The position numbers and the translations under genes are program-made. A stretch of 64,000 nucleotides of DNA from an uncultured Ponticaulis sp. (GTDB lineage Bacteria > Pseudomonadota > Alphaproteobacteria > Caulobacterales > Hyphomonadaceae), in NCBI GenBank assembly GCA_964009795.1, contig CAXGHQ010000007.1, forward strand, positions 81,553-145,552, read 5' to 3'. The notes beneath the pieces were generated by a model. It saw nothing but the letters and a program-made list of their open reading frames with translations. It was not told where the DNA came from and did no database searches. Every line of letters begins with the position of its first letter. Position 1 is the first letter of the stretch. Below, in pieces: positions 29,814 to 37,775 of this stretch.

Positions 29814-30039
29814 ATGAAGTTTGATAATTCACATGTCAGCCCCAGCTCGCCGCGTAAGGGGAATGCCATGACACGCTGGATTGGTGATGCCGGTCTTCCT
29901 CGCTGCCTTTGATGATCTCGGCAAGCGTGTTGTGCTGGATCGCCTGTTTGAGCTAACTGGCGATATGGAAGCCGATAACGCCGCTATCAAAGCCTATGTC
30001 GATACCAAATGGACCGGCATTCACCCTGAAAAGCAATAA
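29814..30039 (+). pseudogene. Internally deleted, frameshifted copy of the 27239-27835 acyltransferase
   Basis: 5' end (MKFDNSHVSPSSPRKGN...) and 3' end (FLAAFD...GIHPEKQ*) are fused at the tgccggt microhomology; 226 nt = 597 - 371. Confidence 0.9.
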
Positions 30040-30263
30040 TCAGAGAGCATTCAGTGCCGTTCTAACGGTGGGCCAAGCGTGTTTCCGCTGTGGTCTGGAA
30101 GCGCATGAACAACGTGCCATTGCGATCCATGACATTCGTGCAGAAGCCGTGTTGAACACCTTGCTGCTTGCAAGCCTGTCGCCATTGATCGCGCAGATCG
30201 GCGCAATGGCGACTTATTCCGTGATTTTTTATCTGTGTAACCGGTTTCTGGTCTTCAGATAGA

Positions 30264-30692
30264 TCAGCCGATCGAAACCAGTTCGATATCAAAGTTGAGA
30301 TCCTGGCCCGCAAGACGGTGGTTTGCGTCCAGAACGACCGCTTCGTCGGTCACTTCAGCGACCGTGACAATCATGGTTTGACCTTCCGGCGTGCTGACTT
30401 GCAGCTGATTGCCCAGTTCAAGCGGAATTTCGTCAGGGATTTCGGCGCGCGGCACAGTCTGCATTCCGCGTGGGTCATGCTGGCCATAGGCTTCGTCAGC
30501 CGGAACATTGACGGTCTTCTTATCGCCGACTGTCATGCCCGGAATAGCCGAATCCAGCCCCGGGATGATCTGACCTGAGCCGACCGTGAATTCGAGCGGA
30601 TCGCGCCCTTCACTTGAGTCGAATTTGGTCCCGTCATTGAGCGTTCCGACATAGTGAATGCGTACGGTATCACCGCTTTTGACTTCGGTCAT
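30264..30692 (-). CDS. FKBP-type peptidyl-prolyl isomerase (SlyD-like, no His-rich tail)
   Basis: VRIHYVGTL.DGTKFDSS, GQIIPGLD, DANHRLAGQDLNF. Confidence 0.93.
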   Translation of the reverse strand: MTEVKSGDTVRIHYVGTLNDGTKFDSSEGRDPLEFTVGSGQIIPGLDSAIPGMTVGDKKTVNVPADEAYGQHDPRGMQTVPRAEIPDEIPLELGNQLQVSTPEGQTMIVTVAEVTDEAVVLDANHRLAGQDLNFDIELVSIG

Positions 30693-30827
30693 GAATAATC
30701 CTGTATATTGGGAGAGTGAATTTATGAGGCTACGCGTTCGCGTAGGTTCTCAAAACGAGGCTCTTACCTAAACCAGAGCGCCCTGGGACGCAAATCTCGC
30801 GGCATTGTTTAGCTGCGCAATTACGGG

Positions 30828-30977
30828 CTAGACCTGATCTGCTCCAGGCGCAGGAAGCAGATAGATAGAGGTAGAGCGCGTCAGGCCTGCATGTTTTGCT
30901 CGGCAGAACAAAGATGACACAGCGCTCGCTGCCCAGACGACAAGCCAAAGCAAAACGTCTACGAAATGTCTCAGCAT
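30828..30977 (-). CDS. Possible 49-aa membrane peptide
   Basis: ATG preceded by GAGGA; hydrophobic stretch VLLWLVVWAASAVSSLF; no family recognised. Confidence 0.35.
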   Translation of the reverse strand: MLRHFVDVLLWLVVWAASAVSSLFCRAKHAGLTRSTSIYLLPAPGADQV

Positions 30978-31038
30978 AGTCTTTTCATCCTCTTTGTTCC
31001 CGCGCTTGATCGACGCGCGACAGGGCAAAGAGTTCCAC

Positions 31039-31070
31039 AAAAAAGCCCGGCGATTTTGCGGCGCCGGGCT
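31039..31070 (-). terminator. Rho-independent terminator of the M23 gene
   Basis: Stem agcccggcg/cgccgggct with a T-tract on the minus strand. Confidence 0.75.
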
Positions 31071-31095
31071 GTTATTTCGGTGGTTGGTTCGAGCC

Positions 31096-32559
31096 CTATT
31101 CAGTTGAACTCGGTTCAGTTTGTGTCGAAAGCGCAAACAATGTGGTGGTTTCTTCAATCCCTCTCAAAGAGTCGATTTCCGAGCGGACGATCTGGAATTC
31201 TTTGAGATGCTCGCCGGTCAGTTCGCGACCTGTTGGCAGCTTCAGAGACATGGCGTTCTGGTGTTTGCCATTGTGAATGACTTCATAATGCAGGTGTGGG
31301 CCCGTGGAGGCGCCTGTACTGCCCACATATCCGACAATATCGCCCTGTTTGACACGGACGCCAGATTTGATGCCCGGTCCGTATCTCGACATGTGCGCAT
31401 AGGCCGTCTGATAGCCATTGGCGTGGCGCAGGCGAACATAATTGCCATAGCCGCCATAGCGGGACGAGCGTTCAACAACGCCATTGCCGGCGGCATAGAT
31501 CGGCGTGCCGGTCGGCGCAGCGAAATCCGTCCCTTTATGAAGTTTCGAATAGCCTGAAATCGGGTGCTTCCGGTAACCGAAATTGGAGGAGAGGCGCGCC
31601 CCATTGATCGGTGTTTTCATCAGAAATTTACGCGCGCTTTTACCTTCCGCGTCGAAGTAATCCGTGATGCCGTCATCGGAGGGAGTAAACCGGTAAAAAT
31701 CGCGATCCGTTGCATACCCATTCAGTGACGCGAACAGAATGTCGCCGCTGCGAACATATTGGCCGCGCTCATCGACATATTCTTCGAACACGATCTCGAA
31801 CGTGTCTCCCATCCGCATTTCGCGCTGGAAGTCGACATCATAGGCGAAAATCTGAGCGTAATCAAAAACCTGGGCGTCATGCGCGCCGGCTTCCAGTGCC
31901 GCTTCATAAAGACTGGTCGCAACTTCACCCTTCACGCGGCGGGTGACCGGCTCAACCCGTGTGTGCAGTTCCGAAGCTGAAAAGGAATCGTCAAAACCGC
32001 GAGACACGACGAGCGACGAGTTCCGGTCATGCTTCACGCTCAGACCAATCAGGCTCACGGCATCCGGATCTTCGAAACTTGAGTTGGAATCCATATAGGC
32101 CGTAATTTTGAGGCCAGGTCGAACCTTGCGCGGGTCGATAAGTTCGCGATCGTAGAGCGCATAAAGGGCTGAATTGGCTTCGGACCGGCTTACGCCCATA
32201 CGGTCCATCAGATCGGTCAGTGTTTCGCCCGATTGAAGCGTTTCAGTCCGCTCGATCGTTTTTCGGAACGGTTCGAGCTCCTGAAAACTCGTCAGAAGGA
32301 CCGGCGCTTCGGTGCTCAACGCGGTATCCGTCAAGGGGCCAGCTTTGGCGACGGTGGTTTCAGCTGTCGGGGGTGGAGAGGCTCCGAAGGATTGGATCAG
32401 GGATTTGCCAGCGAGACCGACGCCTCCTGCAACAAGCAATAACGCGCCAACCGAAACAACTGAGCGGACGAGTTTTCGTCCGGATTTTGCTTCCGTCTTT
32501 GGATCAAAAACACCGACCACCAGGAAACCTCCAATTCTGTGTAAAGAAAACACACACAC
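31096..32559 (-). CDS. M23-family peptidoglycan endopeptidase (start uncertain)
   Basis: HKGTD, AYAH, TGPHLHYE zinc motifs; N-terminal TM. Confidence 0.9.
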   Translation of the reverse strand: MCVFSLHRIGGFLVVGVFDPKTEAKSGRKLVRSVVSVGALLLVAGGVGLAGKSLIQSFGASPPPTAETTVAKAGPLTDTALSTEAPVLLTSFQELEPFRKTIERTETLQSGETLTDLMDRMGVSRSEANSALYALYDRELIDPRKVRPGLKITAYMDSNSSFEDPDAVSLIGLSVKHDRNSSLVVSRGFDDSFSASELHTRVEPVTRRVKGEVATSLYEAALEAGAHDAQVFDYAQIFAYDVDFQREMRMGDTFEIVFEEYVDERGQYVRSGDILFASLNGYATDRDFYRFTPSDDGITDYFDAEGKSARKFLMKTPINGARLSSNFGYRKHPISGYSKLHKGTDFAAPTGTPIYAAGNGVVERSSRYGGYGNYVRLRHANGYQTAYAHMSRYGPGIKSGVRVKQGDIVGYVGSTGASTGPHLHYEVIHNGKHQNAMSLKLPTGRELTGEHLKEFQIVRSEIDSLRGIEETTTLFALSTQTEPSSTE

Positions 32560-32681
32560 AGAGAAAATTCACTCGAAACGTTAACAACGAGACAATACTT
32601 TCACGAATTATGCCAATAGTATTGTATCAATATTAATCGAACTTAGCCCCGCCTGTTATGAAGTCGACGGATGATTCTGAA

Positions 32682-35600
32682 ATGCGCAAAACGATGCGTC
32701 GATACTGGCCGTGGGGCGCAGCCGGGCTCACCGTTTTCGCTATTCCAGTCACATTATGGCTCTTCCGTATTCCCATTGCAGAAATGGCCGTGCGTCAAGT
32801 CTGTGATGGAAGGAATGTCAGTTGTTCGGTAAATATTGAGGCGTTAACTCTTAATTCTATTCACGCAAGCGGCGTTAAGGTTGAAGCGGAGGGCGAAGAT
32901 CCGGCCACGGTTGAATCGCTCGAATTGTCCGTAAGCTGGCCGGCATTTCTGAAGCCGCAGATTTCTTTTGTTCGTGCTGATACGCCCTCGCTTACGGTGG
33001 ATGCCCGCAATGGCGGGGTCAGGATCGGCCTGCTTGAACAGCTTCAGACCGGTTCATCCGGTGATGGAGGAGGCGAAATTCCTCCATTTTCGATCACCGA
33101 TGGGAAGCTGATCATTCTCACCGATGCCGGGCGGGTCAAAGGCGTTGTCAGCTCCTCGGGATCGATCCAGCGCGAAATCCAGTCTCAGATTGTTCTCGAA
33201 CCTGCGAATTTACAGCTGGAGGGGTATGAGCTGGATCTGGCGGCAGCAAATGCACAGATAGTTCTGGCAGACGGACGCATGTCTGGCGATGCCACTCTGG
33301 ATGTGACCCGTGCAGAGCTTGAAAACCTTACCATAGATGCGCTCGGACTTGAGCTGAAACTCGAACCGGTCAGCGATCAGGACTATAAGCTCAATTGGTC
33401 CTTTGGTGCGACACAGTTCGAGCTGGGCGATTTTCGTTTGTCCGCCGCAGACTCCCTCGGCGATGTGACGCTTCGGACCGATCCAGACAGGCTCAGTGTG
33501 GACACGACGGAAATTCTGTCCATTGAAGGCACGCTCAACGCTGGCGCACTTCGCAATGGTGGGCAGTCGCTGACAGATCCAAAGCTCACTTTGGCTTTGA
33601 CCCCGAACAAACACGGATTGTCCGGCCCGGTGGGATTCGAGGCCGGTGTGATGGCAGACGGTCTGGCGCGGTTTGAGCGCGCACTTTTAACAGGTGACCT
33701 GTCTCTCGACAGTCGGAAACCGGTTTTGTCGTCCGGACAATTCTCAGGGGCGTTAGGGCTGCGGGGCGGATCGCTGGATCCTGGATTTCTGGATGCTCAG
33801 CTTTCGGTGCTTTCGCTTCCGGATCCGGTATCTGATCATGGTGCTCTCATCCGGGAGAGCCTTCGCAAACTGTTCTTCGGGTTTTCGACCGGAGCGGAAT
33901 TCGAAGCTCAGTTTGCGCCGGATGCGCCAAGCTTCGCCGTCACGGCAATTCGACCGGTGTCTGTGCAGAGCCTTGCCTCTGAACAGACCCTTTCGCTTCG
34001 GCCCGTAGGTGACACGAATTGGTTGGCGTTTGACGGCAACCAATTGCGGGTCAGCGGGGCGCTTCAGTATAACAATCCGGCAACTCAGCTCGGTCTGTCG
34101 GCTGCGCGATTGAATGTGGACGGCAATCTCGATCAGAACACCTATTCGATCCTGGCGTCAGACCTTCGTTTAAATGACGTAAAAACAGCCGGACGCACAC
34201 TCGGTGTGGATCTGAAATCATTAGACTATCGGTCTGTGCCGTCTCAGAAATCGCTGACGCTCTCCGGCATGGCGCGGTTTTCCGGTCCTGCCTTCGGGAT
34301 GGACCTTGAGGCGTTGCAGCTTCAGACTCGATTGACCGGACGGGATGTCGGTGAGGGCTGGTCGATCAATCTCGCTCAGAATGAATGCCTCAATCTGTCC
34401 TTCATCTCGGCCGACCTTCCCGCCGTACAGCTCGGGCCAGCGAACACCATGCTCTGTGCGTCGCCGAATGTCGGGCTGTATTCACCAACATCTGGCGGTT
34501 TTCGGGGCCAGGCGCGCGCGGACGCGCTCAGCCTGCCTTTCGAAACCAGTTTTGCTGAAGGGCGTCTTCAGGCAACTGGGCTTCGATATAGCTGGGCGAT
34601 GCGAGATCAATTCAGTCTCAGCCTGAGTGGCGGCGGGCTCGACATTCCATTCACGGTTTCCGCCGACGAACCGGCCAATGAAAAAACTGCCAATCTTGTG
34701 GCCAAGGCCTTCAGTTCAGGTCTCTCCACTCAATCCTCTGGTATCGCGGTCGAGTTTGGTCTTGAGGATGGCGATTTCAGCCTTGAGGCGCTTCCTGTCG
34801 ATCTTGCTCTCGCCGAAGTCAACGGGCAGGGAGAGGTCGCGGACGACGGACCTCAAATCGACTATTCAATTCTCGGTGCGGTGATCACGGATGCGTTGAA
34901 CCCTCCTGAAAACGCGTTTTTCTCGCCGCTTTTGTTCTCAGGAACCGGTCAGCTGACAGGCATGGAGGTCGGTCTGGAAGGTCGGCTCAGGTTGGCTGAC
35001 CAGAATGCGTTTCTGGGCGATTTGTCTGCACGGCATGTCTTCGAATCCAATTCCGGCACGGCAAGGCTTGCCAATGGCAATCTGACGTTCAGCCCCAACG
35101 GACTGCAATTGCATGACCTGACCGAACGCATGCGGGGCCTTGCTGTCCGTGCGGAAGGCGATGTCAGCCCATCTGCTGATGTCAGCTGGCAGGACGGCGT
35201 CATGGCATCCGAAGGCATGATCGACATACGTGATCTGTCTTTCTCAACCTTCCGGCTCGGCGATGTTTATCGATTATCTGGGCAACTCGCCTTCTCGGAT
35301 CTTCTTGGTGCGCAAACCTATGCCAGCCAGAAGCTTCAGGTCGAAGAGTTACGCTTTACGCCTACCATTGTGCTTCGCGATGGCGAGCTGACCATGTCCT
35401 TGCTTGGGCCCGACGCATTCTATCTGGAATCAGCCGCCTGGCCCTTTGTCGGTGGCGAGGTTGCGATCGAGCCGACCGTCTGGCGGTTCGACAGTCAGCA
35501 GCAACGCGTCACCGTGACGGCAAAAGAGTGGGAGTTAAGTCGGCTGCTTGGCTTGTTTCAGGTGCCCGATCTTGACGTCAGAGGCCGGGTTTCAGGTGAG

Positions 35601-36011
35601 TTTCCAATCGAGATTATCGATGCAAACGCCTATTTCCGGAATGCCCGTCTGCGCGGTGTTGAGGACGGACTCATCAGATATGACAGCAAGATTGCACGCA
35701 CAGCAGGACAGGCGGATGATTACGCCAAAATGGCTTTCGACGCGCTCAAGAACTTCGAATACAAGGTCTTGTCCGTCGGAGCGAACGGAAACCTGACAGG
35801 TGACATCGTGCTTGAGCTTTCGCTTTCGGGTAACAATCCGGATGTTCTTGATGGGCAGGTGTTTAATCTGAACATCAATCTTGATTCACGGCTTGCCGAT
35901 CTCGTTCATGCTGGGTCAATCTCGACTTCGGTACAGTCCGCGCAGGATCTGGTGGTAGATCTGGTGAAAAAGCGTCGGGAAGAAGAAAACCAGGTCGATC
36001 AGAGCGATTGA
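32682..36011 (+). CDS. ydbH: YdbH-family intermembrane (AsmA-like) protein
   Basis: N-terminal TM, long beta-rich body, C-terminal LKNFEYKVL..G..P....FNLNINL; followed by ynbE/ydbL homologues. Confidence 0.75.
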   Translation: MRKTMRRYWPWGAAGLTVFAIPVTLWLFRIPIAEMAVRQVCDGRNVSCSVNIEALTLNSIHASGVKVEAEGEDPATVESLELSVSWPAFLKPQISFVRADTPSLTVDARNGGVRIGLLEQLQTGSSGDGGGEIPPFSITDGKLIILTDAGRVKGVVSSSGSIQREIQSQIVLEPANLQLEGYELDLAAANAQIVLADGRMSGDATLDVTRAELENLTIDALGLELKLEPVSDQDYKLNWSFGATQFELGDFRLSAADSLGDVTLRTDPDRLSVDTTEILSIEGTLNAGALRNGGQSLTDPKLTLALTPNKHGLSGPVGFEAGVMADGLARFERALLTGDLSLDSRKPVLSSGQFSGALGLRGGSLDPGFLDAQLSVLSLPDPVSDHGALIRESLRKLFFGFSTGAEFEAQFAPDAPSFAVTAIRPVSVQSLASEQTLSLRPVGDTNWLAFDGNQLRVSGALQYNNPATQLGLSAARLNVDGNLDQNTYSILASDLRLNDVKTAGRTLGVDLKSLDYRSVPSQKSLTLSGMARFSGPAFGMDLEALQLQTRLTGRDVGEGWSINLAQNECLNLSFISADLPAVQLGPANTMLCASPNVGLYSPTSGGFRGQARADALSLPFETSFAEGRLQATGLRYSWAMRDQFSLSLSGGGLDIPFTVSADEPANEKTANLVAKAFSSGLSTQSSGIAVEFGLEDGDFSLEALPVDLALAEVNGQGEVADDGPQIDYSILGAVITDALNPPENAFFSPLLFSGTGQLTGMEVGLEGRLRLADQNAFLGDLSARHVFESNSGTARLANGNLTFSPNGLQLHDLTERMRGLAVRAEGDVSPSADVSWQDGVMASEGMIDIRDLSFSTFRLGDVYRLSGQLAFSDLLGAQTYASQKLQVEELRFTPTIVLRDGELTMSLLGPDAFYLESAAWPFVGGEVAIEPTVWRFDSQQQRVTVTAKEWELSRLLGLFQVPDLDVRGRVSGEFPIEIIDANAYFRNARLRGVEDGLIRYDSKIARTAGQADDYAKMAFDALKNFEYKVLSVGANGNLTGDIVLELSLSGNNPDVLDGQVFNLNINLDSRLADLVHAGSISTSVQSAQDLVVDLVKKRREEENQVDQSD

Positions 36012-36064
36012 CCTGGCCTCAGCAAACGGAGAATGTCGTTTGCGAAAGACAGGAGACTCTATAC

Positions 36065-36244
36065 GTGAAAGTGCTATATGGACTGCTTCCCCTGATGGTC
36101 TGTGCCTGCACGCCAACCGTACGCGTTGCGGCACCAACCGAGCCGATCACAATCAACCTTAACGTCAAGATCGATCAGGAAGTCCGCGTCAAGCTGGACA
36201 AGGAAGTTGACGATCTGATCGCCAATAATCCGGACCTGTTCTGA
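36065..36244 (+). CDS. ynbE: YnbE-family lipoprotein
   Basis: Lipobox VCAC; PITINLNVKIDQEVRVKLDKEVDDLI...DLF. Confidence 0.88.
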   Translation: MKVLYGLLPLMVCACTPTVRVAAPTEPITINLNVKIDQEVRVKLDKEVDDLIANNPDLF

Positions 36245-36260
36245 TCGGGAGGATGGAAAC

Positions 36261-36617
36261 ATGAAATCTCTTAAAACGGCCTTTGCTGCATTCTTTGCTG
36301 GCGTCATGCTGATGTTCACCCCCTTGGTGGGCACCGCCATTGCTGGCGATCCGATTATTGATGCCGCCAAGGCGGAAGGCCTGGTTGGCGAGCGGATCGA
36401 CGGATATCTCGGGATTGTCTCTGATGTGGATCCGTCCATCAAACGTAAGGTCGACGAAGTGAATGCGGGTCGACGCAGCGTTTATTCAGACCTTGCAAGC
36501 CAGCAGGGTCAGTCGCTCGAAGATGTGGCGCGGGTCTCCGGACTGAAACTGGTCGAGCGCGCAGAATCTGGTGAATACGTCTATGACGATTCCAATCGCT
36601 GGGTCGCGAAGCCCTGA
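36261..36617 (+). CDS. ydbL: YdbL-family protein
   Basis: AKAEGLVGERIDGYLG...VNAGRR..Y..LA signature. Confidence 0.85.
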   Translation: MKSLKTAFAAFFAGVMLMFTPLVGTAIAGDPIIDAAKAEGLVGERIDGYLGIVSDVDPSIKRKVDEVNAGRRSVYSDLASQQGQSLEDVARVSGLKLVERAESGEYVYDDSNRWVAKP

Positions 36618-36880
36618 TGCTGAAACGCGGACTTATTCTCGTCGGAACGGGCTTCGGCTTCGTTCTGGCGGCCCTTGCCGTTATTCAATTCTCTGGTGTC
36701 ATTCCACCGGTTGAAATGTCGGGCCATGGCTGGTTTGCATTTCTTCTGGGCGCTGGTCTTTGTATCATACTGTCGGTTGGCCTGTTTGCGCTCGCCTTTT
36801 TCAGCAACCGCGCGGGCTATGACGAAATTTCTGATCCATCCACACAATCCGACGAACAAATCGATATACGAATCGGTTAG
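36617..36880 (+). CDS. Small membrane protein (2-3 TM)
   Basis: Translationally coupled to ydbL; MSGHGW...LFALAFFSNRAGYD. Confidence 0.65.
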   Translation: MLKRGLILVGTGFGFVLAALAVIQFSGVIPPVEMSGHGWFAFLLGAGLCIILSVGLFALAFFSNRAGYDEISDPSTQSDEQIDIRIG

Positions 36881-36987
36881 TGTCAGCCTTTGTTTAGGAA
36901 GTTTGAGCACGGTCCGTTTCCTGCTCCGAAGAGACGATCGTGCTTGTCAGCATCTGAAATGGTGCTCACCAACAAAGGATAATTTCA

Positions 36988-37614
36988 ATGCTGCTCGAAC
37001 CCAACCGGCTTGCGTCCTATCTGGCATCAAAAATCTGCCATGACCTGGTATCGCCAGTCGGTGCTGCGGCATCTGCCCTCGATTTCATGCAGGAAACCAC
37101 TGGTGAGATGCGCGACGAGGCAGAAAATCTACTCGAAACCAGCACCAACCGATCGCTCGCGCGACTTCAATTCCTGCGTTACGCCTTCGGATCCATGGGC
37201 CTGTCAAAAGGCGCAGCAGAACTTCACGAAGCGAAATCCATCGCAGAAGGCTATGTCGCGACCCACAAAGGCCGGATTGAATGGAATATCCTCGCTGAGA
37301 GCCTGTCCTTCGCGCAGGTTCGGGTGATGATGAATATGGTCATGCTGGGTATGGCCTGCCTCTCACGCGATGGCGTTGTCAAAGTCGACATTAATCAGTC
37401 AGACACGACCACAATCATTGTTGAAGCAACCGGTCTGAAGGCACGTCTGAGCCCGAGTGTGAAGACTGCGCTCAACCATGAGGAGCCAGAAGACGGATGG
37501 GATCCAATGACCATCCAGCCCTATTTTACGACGATGATTGTCGAGGAACTTGGCGGGCATTTTGCATTCCGTGAAGCGGAGGAACTCGTTGAGTTCACAG
37601 CCGAAGGCCTTTGA
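36988..37614 (+). CDS. chpT: Histidine phosphotransferase ChpT
   Basis: LASKICHDLVSPVGA, LQFLRYAFGS, degenerate CA domain, P....QPYF. Confidence 0.92.
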   Translation: MLLEPNRLASYLASKICHDLVSPVGAAASALDFMQETTGEMRDEAENLLETSTNRSLARLQFLRYAFGSMGLSKGAAELHEAKSIAEGYVATHKGRIEWNILAESLSFAQVRVMMNMVMLGMACLSRDGVVKVDINQSDTTTIIVEATGLKARLSPSVKTALNHEEPEDGWDPMTIQPYFTTMIVEELGGHFAFREAEELVEFTAEGL

Positions 37615-37775
37615 AAGAGTTGAAGAGCCAACAGAATAATCTTGTCTTTCTTGGTTAAAGAATGCGGCAATTTGTCAAATGAGAGCGTAAAATTACTGAA
37701 TGAAAGCAATTTTTTAACTCCAATGCGCGAAGGTCAGTCCAAATAAAAACCATTTTCCTTTTATCAGGTGGGCTT

